Positions 31,338 to 41,617 of a stretch of 64,000 nucleotides of DNA are shown in pieces. The translations under genes were made by a program, and so were the position numbers. The stretch comes from a bacterium. Lineage in GTDB: Bacteria; Zixibacteria; MSB-5A5; GN15; FEB-12. Under the pieces are notes generated by a model. That model ran no database searches. It had not been told where the DNA came from and was given only the letters and a program-made list of their open reading frames with translations. The stretch is from assembly GCA_043811375.1 (NCBI GenBank), contig JBDRNJ010000004.1, positions 96,001 through 160,000 of the forward strand, read 5' to 3'. Position 1 is the first letter of the stretch. Each line of letters opens with the position of its first letter.

Positions 31338-32105
31338 ATGCGGCTTGTAACTGTACTAACGATGTCACTGGTTGTGTTCGCAACCACGGCAAAGGCTGAA
31401 AACGCCATATCTCTGTCTGAAGTCGTCTCTTCGGGCGGCAGCCATATCACTATCGGCAGTCCGGCAGAGTTTCGTCTGCGAGTGCAGATTGACACCAGCC
31501 ATACCGGTGGTCTGTTTGCCTACAACAATGCTTTCCGTCTCTACTCACCTGACGGCGCCTACTGGGATACAACCTACGGACAGTATCTTCCGGGATGGCT
31601 GCCTTTCGGGGACCGGTCGATCTCTCACTCGGGAACGGACGGAATCGGCGCTGACACAGTATCTTTCTATGGTGAAGACTCGGCGGGAGGATTCTGGATT
31701 GTCTACGATCATGTAGCCTGGAGCATCACGATTGAAATACCGGATGACCATTCTGTTCTGGGCAAAACGATCTGTCTGGATTCGGTGGCGGATACGATGG
31801 TGCACTGGCCCTGGTCGACCTGGGCGTGGACCACCCTGACTGAACGCTATGCTCCGACCTGGGATGGTCCTCATTGTTTCACTATCGGTGGCTGCTGTGA
31901 TTTGAGAGGCGATGTCGACAACAACGGTACCCTGGACATCGGCGATATAACGTACAAAGTCGCCTGGCTGTTTCAGGGAGGACCTCCGCCGCCGTGCATT
32001 GACGAAGCCGATGACAACGGGGACGGTACGGTTGACGTGGGCGACCTTGTGTACGAAATCGGATTCTACTTTCAGGGTGGTCCACCACCCGTACCATGCC
32101 CTTAA
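31338..32105 (+). CDS. Secreted protein: putative cohesin-like beta-sandwich plus dockerin
   Basis: Signal peptide, ~160-aa beta-rich domain (NAFRLYSPDGAYW, GADTVSF, GKTICLDS), CCDLRGDVD dockerin. Confidence 0.8.
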   Translation: MRLVTVLTMSLVVFATTAKAENAISLSEVVSSGGSHITIGSPAEFRLRVQIDTSHTGGLFAYNNAFRLYSPDGAYWDTTYGQYLPGWLPFGDRSISHSGTDGIGADTVSFYGEDSAGGFWIVYDHVAWSITIEIPDDHSVLGKTICLDSVADTMVHWPWSTWAWTTLTERYAPTWDGPHCFTIGGCCDLRGDVDNNGTLDIGDITYKVAWLFQGGPPPPCIDEADDNGDGTVDVGDLVYEIGFYFQGGPPPVPCP

Positions 32106-32130
32106 GCTTCAAGCAACTGCGGCGTCTCCG

Positions 32131-34407
32131 TCAAACCGGCGCTACGGCCAGCATGTATTGCAGCAGTTGTAGGGCTCCCTCTTTGCCGCCCGGCCCGACT
32201 TCCATAGGTGGGCCGACACAGGTAGGGCAACCGTCGGCACAAAGACAACTTTTGATATGATCCCGGCAGGATTCGAAAAGAGGGATATGCTCGGTGAACA
32301 ATTTCTCTGACAGTCCCACACCGCCGGGGATGTTCTCGTAGATGTAGACCGTCGGTCGCTCCGTGAACGGCGCCCGCACCTGTGATATCGAGCGCAGGTC
32401 ACGCTGGTCACACATCACCCACAGGGGAGCAATCTTGCCCAGTATATTGGCCAGTCCTCGCAGTGAACCTCCAAACCGGGCGCCCTCGATCTTGAGCCGA
32501 AAACCAATATCACCCGGGAAAGAAAACCAGAAGGCACTGGTGTGCATTTCCATTTCCGGCATGGTAAGGTCACCCGAACCGACGTTCTCGTGGGTGCGGA
32601 ACTTCACTTTCTTGAACATCACCGTGACGTTGGTAGTCGAGACTTCGCCACAGGCCATCTCAGCCTCACCGTAAGAAGTACTTTGGTTTACCTGAAGTAC
32701 CTTCAGGTCCGTCTTGGTCTCAGCATCAGTGTAGTAGTCGACATCGACTTCCTTGACATACGCCTTCTTGCCCTCCCAGTCCAGCCGTGTCACCTGGTAC
32801 TGCTCGGCCCGGTGGAGGTAAATGGCTTCCGGATGCAGGAAGATCGGCGCCTAGAAGTAGTCCACTTCGCCGATCACTTCATGATTTTTACTTTCGTTGA
32901 GGATGACAAAATTGTTCGGCGATGCCGACCGCAGTGAAATCTGTCCGGCCGGATAGATTTCGGACGACCAGTGGTAACGATCACTGGTCCTGCGCACCAC
33001 CCGGGCATCTTCCAGATAATCCAGTATCTCTCGAGTGCCGTCGGATGAACCGTATTCTGTCTCGTCGAACGGCAATTCAAAAGCGGCGCACTTCATGTGG
33101 TTGGTGCGAATAATCAGGTTGTCCGGATCGATAATGCCGGACTCGGGGGTACGCTCGAAGATATATTTCGGCTGGGCGCACAGGAACTGGTTGATGGGAG
33201 TGGAACTGGCGATCAGGATCGTCAGGGACGTGGAAGTGTTTCGACCCGCTCGCCCGGCCTGTTGCCACAACGATGCAATCGATCCGGGATAACCCATGAT
33301 AATCGACACGTCCAAACCGCCGACGTCGATACCCAGCTCCAGGGCGTTGGTCGACACCACGCCGGTAATGCTGCCGTCGCGCAGACCGGCTTCGATACGC
33401 CGACGTTCGTTGGGTAGATAACCTCCCCGGTAACCGGCGATGTTGATGCCCCGGTCGTATTCCCCCTTCAATTCACGCTGCAAGTAAGTCAGCAGCACCT
33501 CGACATAGAGACGAAAGTGCGCAAAAACAATTGTCTGTATCCGGTGTCGGAGAAATCCGGCCGCCAGCCGCGAGGCTTCGTTGATGACCGACTTTCTGAT
33601 ACCGAGTTGTTGATTGATAACCGGCGGGTTGTAAATGAGAAAATGTTTTTCGCCGGATGGCGCGCCATTGGTATTGATTAGTTTCACCGGGCGGTCGATT
33701 ATCTTCCGGGTCAATTCATCGGGGTTGGCGATGGTTGCCGAACAACAGATGAAAATCGGGTCCGAACCGTAGAAGCGGCAGATACGTGTCAGCCGCCTGA
33801 TCACGTTGGCCAGGTGCGAACCGAACACACCGCGATATTGATGCACCTCATCGATAACAACGTACTTGAGGTTCTCAAAGAGCTTGATCCACTTGGTGTG
33901 GTGGGGGAGGATACCGGTATGCAGCATGTCCGGGTTGGTGATGACAATGTGCCCGGCTGATCGAATCAGCCGCTGCGCCGTGTGAGGCGTGTCACCATCG
34001 AAAGTATACGTCTTGACGTCAACGTCTAATTTCTGTATCAGGCCGTACAGTTCGCTCAACTGGTCCTGGGCCAGAGCCTTGGTGGGAAAGAGGTATAAGG
34101 CCCTGGTGTTGCGGTCTTTCAGCGTGCGATCCAGCACCGGCAGGTTGTAACACAGCGTCTTGCCGGATGCCGTGGGTGTGACGACTACTACGTGGTGACT
34201 GGCCAACACGGCTTCAACCGCCTCAGCCTGGTGCGAATACAGGCGGGTAATACCGCGCTGATGCATCACCGCCGTCAACCGCTGATCCAGTGCGGGCGGG
34301 AAATCTACCCAGACGGCCGGGCGGGGTGAATATGATTTCCAGTGCGCGATATTGCGGCGGATGCCCGCATCGTTCTTCAGCAAATCAATAATCTGATCAA
34401 GATTCAC
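32131..34407 (-). pseudogene. MrfA/YprA/Hrq1-like DEAD/DEAH helicase with DUF1998, interrupted by an in-frame TAG at 32851-32853
   Basis: TPTASGKT, DEVH, SAT, TNALELGIDVG, QQAGRAGR; frame continues EVDYF*APIFLHPEAIYLH... to the C-terminal CxCxxGCPxC. Confidence 0.88.
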
Positions 34408-34433
34408 AGGTCAGTTTCTTTCGTGTTCCGGCA

Positions 34434-34976
34434 TCAAACAACCTCTGTCAGGCGGCGTTTACAGATGTCGCAGAACTTTTCACCCTTGTTATCGATATCC
34501 AGCATAACCTGGCTGTAATAGTTGACACATCTCGGGTTGCGGCACTCCGACAACTCAAACAGGTGCGCCGCCCGGTGCACGGCCTCCTTGAATAATCGCG
34601 GGTAGATCTTGCTGTCATCCTCCGGCAGTCCATAGAACTCCAGCCGAATATGAAATAACGAGATCACAGCCGTTCCCGACAGTGTGTCGGCATGTCCCAG
34701 GACATAGTTGTCTTCGGGAAGGTACAGGTCGTCTTCACAGACGGCTATCACTTTTTCACGGTTATTGGCCCGAGCCCGTTCCAGTTTAGCCAGCACTACC
34801 TGGGCGTAGTACTGGTTGCGGACAACGTTGTGCGCCTCGGCCGGCAGCTTCATACCCTTAAGAATGTCCACCGAACGGTCAAAAACCGGTCCCAAATCAG
34901 TAGCCAGCCGATTGACCAGCATGAAATCAACCTCGCCTAACGGCACCACGACAATTTTTGACTTGAGCAAGGCCAT
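34434..34976 (-). CDS. Archaemetzincin (peptidase M54)-like protein with degenerate active site
   Basis: RNQYYA, DLYLP..NYVLG.A, KEAVHRAAHLFELSECRNPRCV, DNKGEKFCDIC. Confidence 0.85.
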   Translation of the reverse strand: MALLKSKIVVVPLGEVDFMLVNRLATDLGPVFDRSVDILKGMKLPAEAHNVVRNQYYAQVVLAKLERARANNREKVIAVCEDDLYLPEDNYVLGHADTLSGTAVISLFHIRLEFYGLPEDDSKIYPRLFKEAVHRAAHLFELSECRNPRCVNYYSQVMLDIDNKGEKFCDICKRRLTEVV

Positions 34977-34992
34977 ATTATATCACCAGCAG

Positions 34993-35187
34993 TTACCGTC
35001 CGGCGGTAAAAAAGCGAGCATCGGACCCCACCGGGGACACCCTGACTTCCACTCCGGCGGCGCAACGGGGACACCAGCCGACAAAAGCCGTCCCTTTTTT
35101 GTTGAGGTAGATGCGTGAGTACACATTGCAGCACTTGAAGTGCATTCCCAAAAAAGGACGCCGTGATTTTGTCGTTTTATTCACCAT
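34993..35187 (-). CDS. Small zinc-ribbon-like hypothetical protein
   Basis: RPFLGMHFKCCNVYSRIYLN...GWCPRC; first gene after the promoter at 35200-35228. Confidence 0.7.
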   Translation of the reverse strand: MVNKTTKSRRPFLGMHFKCCNVYSRIYLNKKGTAFVGWCPRCAAGVEVRVSPVGSDARFFTAGR

Positions 35188-35199
35188 AGGGACAAGAAG

Positions 35200-35228
35200 A
35201 AAATACACTGTCGAACCGGTTAAGGCAA
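35200..35228 (-). promoter_or_regulatory. Putative promoter of the Zn-ribbon/M54/helicase operon
   Basis: TTGCCT-N17-TATTTT with TG before the -10 box. Confidence 0.5.
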
Positions 35229-35298
35229 CCGCAGAATCCTGAAGCAGCCCGGCATCGGCATTTGATCAAACTATGGCCGCCGTCATTGAGAGGATAAC

Positions 35299-35967
35299 CT
35301 ATCGGTCGATCTCCTGCATTATTTCCACCGAAACTGAGCTTCCCAGCCGAGTAGCTCCGGCCCGAAGCAACTCAAGACACTGCTTCAGCGTGCGGATGCC
35401 ACCCGAGGCCTTGACTTCGATTTGTCCCCCGGCCGCCGCAAACAGTGTCTGCACCTGTTCTACCGTGGCGCCGCCGAAGAAGCCGGTACAGGTCTTGACG
35501 AACTGGCCGCCACCGTTAATGACCGCGGCGGTAGCCGCCACCTGCTGTTGTTGTGTCAGACAACCGGCTTCAATGATCACTTTCAGGATCACATTATGCG
35601 GCAGAACTGAGCGTACCTCGGCAATCTCCTGTTCGACCCGGCCGAAGTTGTTTTCGACAAGCCAGCCGATGTTGGCCACCATATCGATTTCATGAGCGCC
35701 ATCACCAATGCCTTTGACCGCCTCGGCAACTTTGATGTCGGTTCGGCCGGCTCCCAGGGGAAAACCTGACACCGTCAGTATCCTGACGTCGCTACTGCGC
35801 AATTCGTTTCCAGCCAGCGGTACCCACGCCGGATTGACTGCCACCGAGAAGAACCGGTACCGTCGCGCCTCATCACAGAGATTGCGAATCGTCATCTCAC
35901 CGACGTCCGGCTTCAGTGCGGCATGGTCAAAACGGAGGTTGATATTTTCAAGCATGCTGTCGTTCAT
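35299..35967 (-). CDS. deoC: Deoxyribose-phosphate aldolase
   Basis: DHAALKP, GFPLGA, EIDMV, KVIIE, FVKTCTGF, VKASGGIR, RLGSS. Confidence 0.95.
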   Translation of the reverse strand: MNDSMLENINLRFDHAALKPDVGEMTIRNLCDEARRYRFFSVAVNPAWVPLAGNELRSSDVRILTVSGFPLGAGRTDIKVAEAVKGIGDGAHEIDMVANIGWLVENNFGRVEQEIAEVRSVLPHNVILKVIIEAGCLTQQQQVAATAAVINGGGQFVKTCTGFFGGATVEQVQTLFAAAGGQIEVKASGGIRTLKQCLELLRAGATRLGSSVSVEIMQEIDR

Positions 35968-36094
35968 GATGTCGTAATTAGCCGCTATATCGATGAACTG
36001 CAAACAACAAAAATCGAATTCATGGATTCGGTACGGCTGGGACGGGTCGCCATCCAACCAGGCCATACTCCGCAAGTCGTTGATAAGAATAGGC

Positions 36095-36123
36095 TTGACG
36101 GTAGAGCTGAAACTTCGTATGTT
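36095..36123 (+). promoter_or_regulatory. Putative promoter of the S8 protease gene
   Basis: TTGACG-N17-TATGTT. Confidence 0.5.
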
Positions 36124-36180
36124 TCCGTTGTACAACGGTCTGTTGAACCAACAATGTCCAATTCCAGAGTCGGGAGAACC

Positions 36181-39100
36181 ATGATGAAAAACCTGATGCT
36201 CGGTCTGCTGCTTTCGTGTATGCTGGCCGTTTCGTTACCGACGGCGGCCCTGGCATATTTCCAACCCCAGGTAGATGATCAATCGGCCCCGGTCACTCAA
36301 CTTGTTGTTAAGCTGCGACCGGATATTTCAGCAGCGCTCAGCCACGACCGCAGCGGGACCGGCTTCACCGGCGTAGCCTCATTTGACGCCATCAGCCGCA
36401 AACATGACGTCAGGAAACTTGCCTGGCTTCATTCGGCTGTTCGGGACCAGCCATCCACTCATCCTTTGCACAATGTATTGGTGGTGGAGCTTCCCGATGG
36501 GTCCGACTTAGATCAACTCGTGGCCGACTATGCCGATCTGGACGCTGTGGCCTACGCCCATCCTGACTGGCCGGCCCAACTGTACCAGGCGCCGAATGAC
36601 CCGTTGTACCCGCATCAGTGGGCGCTGAACAACACCGGCCAGGGCTATTATCACGTCTGGCGACGGGAAGGAACCTACGACACCCTGGTTTTGGAGTATG
36701 GTACACCCGACGCCGATATCGACGCCCAGGAGGTGTTTGACAACCCTCCCGACAACACCCTCACGGTAACTGTGGCTATTATCGATACCGGCATCGACCC
36801 GGGTCATCCCGATCTGGTCGGACGTGTCATTGTCAACCCGGGTGAAATCGCCGACAACGGCATCGACGACGACCACAACGGTTACATCGATGACGTTTCC
36901 GGCTGGGACTTTTGTGGGGGATCGACCGGGAATATAGTTGACGACAATGACCCCACTGACGATCACGGCCACGGCACTCACTGCGCCGGCATAGTGGCCG
37001 CCGTAGCCGATAACACCGAGGGTATTGCCGGCCTCAACAGTGACGTTCGCATCATGCCGCTCAAGTTTTCGCCGATCATGCTGTCCACGCTGGGCGCCCG
37101 GGCGATTGTCTACGCGGCCGACAACGGCGCCGACGTCATCAGCATGAGCTGGGGCTATCCCTGGCCGGTGCAGTTACTGGACGATGTTCTGGCCTATGCC
37201 CGGTCGAAGGGAGTGATACTCTGTGCGGCATCCGGCAACGACTTCATAGAGTTTTCCAATTACCCGGCCGCCTCGCCGGGAGTTATCACCGTAGGCGCTA
37301 CCAGCAGCCTCGATCAGGTGACCGAGTTTTCGACTTATGGTAACCATCTGGAAATATCCGCGCCGGGATTGTCTATTCTCTCCCTGCGCGCCGCCGGTAC
37401 TGACATGTATGGCAATGGCGTACACATTGTTGCCGACAACTACTATCTGGCCTCCGGGACCAGTATGGCCTGTCCGCACGTGGCCGGAGTGGCGGCTATG
37501 CTGCGAGCCGTCTCCCCCGGCTTAACGCCGGACTCGGCTCAGGAGATACTTGAAACATCGGCTGACGACATAATCGATCCGTATGGCTTGGGCGAAAACT
37601 ACCCCGGCTGGGACATCTATAGCGGCCACGGTCGTCTCAACTTCCACCAGGCTCTCAATAGCGCTCCGGCGGTGCGAGCTAAAATCGAGTCACCACTCCC
37701 CAATCAGTTGGTGTCCGGTACTATCGACATCTCCGGTGTAGCCGACGGCAGCAGTTTTCCCGGATATGTCATTGAGTACGGTTGGGGACCGACCCCGACC
37801 GAATGGCAGCAGATATACTCGTCCGCAAACCCGGTCACCGGCGGCACCCTGGCCCAGTGGGTTACCGACACTCTCGACGGTCAGTACACTATCCGTCTGC
37901 AGGTGGGCTCGGCAAACATATCATCCGTAACTATCTATATCGTCAACAGCACCACCGCCGCCATTGCAACACCGGCTGCCGGCGACACGGTGGTGATGGC
38001 AGCGATTGTCAGCGGTACCGCCAGCGCGCCTGATTTCGGCTACTACCTGGCCGAGTATGGCGCCGGCACCTCGCCGTCCGCATGGAATATGATCTGCCAG
38101 GTGAGCCTGCCGGTCGTGAATGGTGAGTTGATCGAGTGGAATACCGGCGGCCTGGATGACGGCTGGTACACTCTGCGTCTTTCGGTCTATTCCTTGGGTG
38201 GCTTACTCGTTGCTGCAGATTCGCTGCCCGTCTATGTACGCTCACCCTTTTCCGGCGACAACGGCTGGCGGCTTTCGTACGATGATATACCGAGTGTGAT
38301 TATCAACTACGGCGACTTCGACAATGACGGTGCCAACGAAATTGTGATCGCTACCAGTGACACCCTACGTTTCGTGAACCCGGATGGTTCGCCCAAGACC
38401 TCCGGCGTTCCGGCTGTCGCCAACTACGATTTTCGGATTCCACCCGCGGTCGGTGATCTGGACGGCGACGGTGTGGACGACCTGGTGGCTGTTGGTGTTC
38501 CCATCGGCGGCGGTACCTACGCCCATCTGATGGGTTTCCCATCCACAGAACCCGCTTTCGATATTGAGACGCCCGACTTCCCGTCCAACCTGACCAGCTT
38601 GTGGAGTGATGACTATAACGGACCCTACGTCTCTCTGCGGGACATCGACGGCGACGGCCGAGACGAGATATGTTACTATCCTATGCATCAGGCTAATCCC
38701 GACCCGCATGCTTACTTTATCTACAACTCCGATGGCTCCTTCAGAGTGGCCATGCCGCCGGCCAGCCATCCCGACTCCGGCTGCTACTGCTATTTTGTCT
38801 CCGCCGACCTTGACGGCAACGGCACAGACGAGTTCTATTTCAGTCGTTCCTCTCACGTCTATGCCGATAGCGCTTTCTGCATGGTCTATCAGACTGATCT
38901 TTCAGGGAATGTCCTGGACAGCACCGACCTCAATCTGGGGCCGACTGATGAGTTCCGCGCCGAGAACCTGTCGGCAGTCGACATGGATGGCGACGGCAAA
39001 CTGGAGTTGATTGTTCTTGGCCATATGTACACCGGGCTGGAGCAGTGGTGGACCTACGCCTTTGATGAGGACCTGGTTCTCAAGCCCGGCTGGCCGCACA

Positions 39101-39879
39101 GCACCGGGATAGACATGTTCCTGATTCCGACGGTTCCCCGTTTCGTCGACCTGGACCTTGACGGCAGTCTGGAGTATGTCATGACAGTGTATGAGTTGAG
39201 CGCCGGCCAGGTCTTCGCCTGGCGTATCGACGGCACCAGCTACCTGGGTGACTCAACCAACGCCTTGCTGGCCGCGACGCCCAATCCCGCCAAGCTCTAC
39301 ACCCCCGTTGTGGCTGATATGAACGGCGACTGGTATCCGGACATCGTCGCCAATGCCGAGCCGGACATCTTCTGCACTTATGATCAGGAGAGAACAGTGG
39401 CCTGGGATTATAACGGAGAGGTGCTGTCCGGATGGCCGCTGGTCACCGTAGCCGACGGCTCCTCCTGCTTCGAAAACCGTCGCAATGTTCCGGCGGTAGG
39501 CGACATTAACCAGGACGGATATGTAGATCTCGTAACCGCCACCGGAAGCCAGGAAGTCATCTTCATGAATTACGAGGGCATTCCGTATCATGCCGCCTCA
39601 TCACCGGCGCCGTTCTGGAAGTACAACCGTCGCATGAACAGTGTCGGTCCGGTAGCGGATACCGGGCTGATCTGCGGAGATGTCGACGGCAGCGGCATCA
39701 GCCCCGATGTCAGTGACCTGACCTACCTGGTAGCCTATATTTTCCAGGGTGGAGCACCGCCTCCAGTGCTGGAAATGGCCGACGTGGTCGAATATGACGG
39801 CATCAACGTCGGCGACCTGACCTACCTGATCGCCTACCTTTTCCAGGGCGGACCCGAACCGGATTGCCCGACTCCATAG
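36181..39879 (+). CDS. Secreted S8 subtilisin-like protease with Ig-like domains, FG-GAP/VCBS repeats and dockerin
   Basis: Signal peptide; triad IIDTGID/HGTHCAG/SGTSMACP; many DxDGDG repeats; C-terminal dockerin. Confidence 0.94.
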   Translation: MMKNLMLGLLLSCMLAVSLPTAALAYFQPQVDDQSAPVTQLVVKLRPDISAALSHDRSGTGFTGVASFDAISRKHDVRKLAWLHSAVRDQPSTHPLHNVLVVELPDGSDLDQLVADYADLDAVAYAHPDWPAQLYQAPNDPLYPHQWALNNTGQGYYHVWRREGTYDTLVLEYGTPDADIDAQEVFDNPPDNTLTVTVAIIDTGIDPGHPDLVGRVIVNPGEIADNGIDDDHNGYIDDVSGWDFCGGSTGNIVDDNDPTDDHGHGTHCAGIVAAVADNTEGIAGLNSDVRIMPLKFSPIMLSTLGARAIVYAADNGADVISMSWGYPWPVQLLDDVLAYARSKGVILCAASGNDFIEFSNYPAASPGVITVGATSSLDQVTEFSTYGNHLEISAPGLSILSLRAAGTDMYGNGVHIVADNYYLASGTSMACPHVAGVAAMLRAVSPGLTPDSAQEILETSADDIIDPYGLGENYPGWDIYSGHGRLNFHQALNSAPAVRAKIESPLPNQLVSGTIDISGVADGSSFPGYVIEYGWGPTPTEWQQIYSSANPVTGGTLAQWVTDTLDGQYTIRLQVGSANISSVTIYIVNSTTAAIATPAAGDTVVMAAIVSGTASAPDFGYYLAEYGAGTSPSAWNMICQVSLPVVNGELIEWNTGGLDDGWYTLRLSVYSLGGLLVAADSLPVYVRSPFSGDNGWRLSYDDIPSVIINYGDFDNDGANEIVIATSDTLRFVNPDGSPKTSGVPAVANYDFRIPPAVGDLDGDGVDDLVAVGVPIGGGTYAHLMGFPSTEPAFDIETPDFPSNLTSLWSDDYNGPYVSLRDIDGDGRDEICYYPMHQANPDPHAYFIYNSDGSFRVAMPPASHPDSGCYCYFVSADLDGNGTDEFYFSRSSHVYADSAFCMVYQTDLSGNVLDSTDLNLGPTDEFRAENLSAVDMDGDGKLELIVLGHMYTGLEQWWTYAFDEDLVLKPGWPHSTGIDMFLIPTVPRFVDLDLDGSLEYVMTVYELSAGQVFAWRIDGTSYLGDSTNALLAATPNPAKLYTPVVADMNGDWYPDIVANAEPDIFCTYDQERTVAWDYNGEVLSGWPLVTVADGSSCFENRRNVPAVGDINQDGYVDLVTATGSQEVIFMNYEGIPYHAASSPAPFWKYNRRMNSVGPVADTGLICGDVDGSGISPDVSDLTYLVAYIFQGGAPPPVLEMADVVEYDGINVGDLTYLIAYLFQGGPEPDCPTP

Positions 39880-39884
39880 ATAAA

Positions 39885-39916
39885 GGCGGCGGACCTCAAA
39901 GATGAGGTTCGCCGCC
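39885..39916. terminator. Palindrome between convergent genes (bidirectional terminator or REP)
   Basis: GGCGGCGGACCTCA-AAGA-TGAGGTTCGCCGCC. Confidence 0.6.
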
Positions 39917-39947
39917 CGTTTCGCTATCTTTGTGGTTCGCAGCGTCG

Positions 39948-41093
39948 CTACGGACAGGGTGGTTGCGGTGACCCGCCCATGAACAAGTAGCCAATGAGCA
40001 ACATCAGGTCCTCGACGTCGGTCTGGCCGCTACAGTTCAAATCGCCCCAGGGATAAAGCAGCGAGTTGACTGTCAGCGTAATGTCGATATGATCCACCGG
40101 TACTACCACGGCCGGATCCACGCCTACAATATCTATCGTGCCGTTATGAACACCGACTCCCAGGGAAGCCGAGTTGAACGTCACCTCAACTGAAGCCGGT
40201 GTCTGATAGCCGCTCGGTGATGGATCGACTATGACGATCCAACTCTCAGAAGGAACCAGGTCGAAATCAACCGGCATGAGCGCCGACGTAAACTCCACCA
40301 GGAAAGTATCAGCAAACGTTTGCTGGTAAGTCACCTCACCCACCAGTTCCGTCGGCGTAACGAAAAGCGTTTCCGGCGGCAGGTCAACATCATAGTACAT
40401 AACCACAGGCAGCCAGAGTTCACCATTTCTCTCAATGCAAACGCGCCACAACGCCGAGCGGTCAACCAGTTCCGGAGCGACATCGCCGTCACCGGAACCG
40501 ACCCGGTCATACACAATCGAGAAAAACTCGTTGACACCGCCGAACTGGCTGTTGCTGATATCGATTCCGATTAAAACCGAGGTATCACCGGGCAAATCAC
40601 CGTAAGCCTGTATGGAGATATTTGCGGGATTTATCTGGCTATAGTCAAAAACTCCGTTGGAACCGGCCCCATATTGAAGGAACGGCAGATAGAAACCACT
40701 CACGGAATCTTGAAAAGAGGCCACCACCGGCAAACTGACCTGGTTGATACCCTCCGGTATCCCCAGCATCCGCGGGAAAAAGACCGTATCATCGGGAGCG
40801 CTGTAGAAAGCATAGGTCCCGGAGTCCTCGCAGTTGAGGTTTCCCATGTGAAACAAATAGTCGCTAATGGCTATGGCGTCGCCGATAGTCACCCACCATA
40901 TCCCGTCACAATCGGCATTCTCCAGATTGATCGGGGGTTCACGCGGAACGTCTCTCAGGTATTCAATGACGTAAATGAGGTCCAGGATGTTAATGGTGGA
41001 GTCGTCATTGGCATCCCCACACATTTGGCCACTCGCCGGTGTTGCCACCAGCAATGCGACAGTTAAAGCAGAACATACAAGCATTTTCAGCAT
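39948..41093 (-). CDS. Secreted protein: N-terminal dockerin, putative cohesin-like domain, BACON-like domain, C-terminal half-dockerin
   Basis: CGDANDDSTINILDLIYVIEYL...ADCDG; beta-rich middle; SESWIVI..PSSG.TPA; GDLNCSGQTDVEDLMLLIGYLFMGGSPQPPC. Confidence 0.8.
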   Translation of the reverse strand: MLKMLVCSALTVALLVATPASGQMCGDANDDSTINILDLIYVIEYLRDVPREPPINLENADCDGIWWVTIGDAIAISDYLFHMGNLNCEDSGTYAFYSAPDDTVFFPRMLGIPEGINQVSLPVVASFQDSVSGFYLPFLQYGAGSNGVFDYSQINPANISIQAYGDLPGDTSVLIGIDISNSQFGGVNEFFSIVYDRVGSGDGDVAPELVDRSALWRVCIERNGELWLPVVMYYDVDLPPETLFVTPTELVGEVTYQQTFADTFLVEFTSALMPVDFDLVPSESWIVIVDPSPSGYQTPASVEVTFNSASLGVGVHNGTIDIVGVDPAVVVPVDHIDITLTVNSLLYPWGDLNCSGQTDVEDLMLLIGYLFMGGSPQPPCP

Positions 41094-41155
41094 AGGGGCA
41101 CCTCTCGCCTTAAAAGATGATCGGTTAAGCCTGACATTTGATCGAACGGTACTCT

Positions 41156-41184
41156 AAGATACACGAAAGTCGCCCAGAAGTCAA
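41156..41184 (-). promoter_or_regulatory. Putative promoter
   Basis: TTGACT-N17-TATCTT upstream of 41093. Confidence 0.5.
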
Positions 41185-41617
41185 TACAAAGGCCGGGTGA
41201 CCCAAGCCCCTTGGGGCCTGTTAATAAACAGAACAAACGTCATATCGGGCATAATAGCCAATTTATGTTGTTTTTTATGTTTGAAGTTATTGATATAGAT
41301 AATGTTAGGTTAAAAGGTATTGAAGGGGTTTAGTCATGGGTCAAAAAATGGTGTCGGAAATGCGGGGCCCGAGAGGCGATTCGGTATGGTCATTGTAGTA
41401 AAGGAAAGCAGCGTTGGTATTGTCATGCCTGTCATTCGACATTCAATATCCGAGATTGCTACGCTTACGCTCGCGATTGACGAGAACAGATCTTTTTCAA
41501 CAAGACCACTCTATTCAGAAACATTATCTTCTTCGACGAGACGAAACCTTCTGTCTTTATCCTGTCGAAGTGCTCTTGCCTGGACTTGCAGATGTCCTGA
41601 GGGAATTCGAGTTCCTA

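Noticed and set aside
32851..32853. Genome-wide TAG reassignment
   Set aside because: TAG terminates conserved genes at their expected ends (lysS, dnaB, coaBC)
35923..36180. N-terminal extensions of the S8 ORF and deoC given by the ORF track
   Set aside because: They overlap each other and a promoter; the signal peptide starts at 36181 and DeoC homology starts near 35967
25779..41093. Diversity-generating retroelement acting on the repeated dockerin sequences
   Set aside because: No reverse transcriptase in the window, and differences between copies are not visibly adenine-specific
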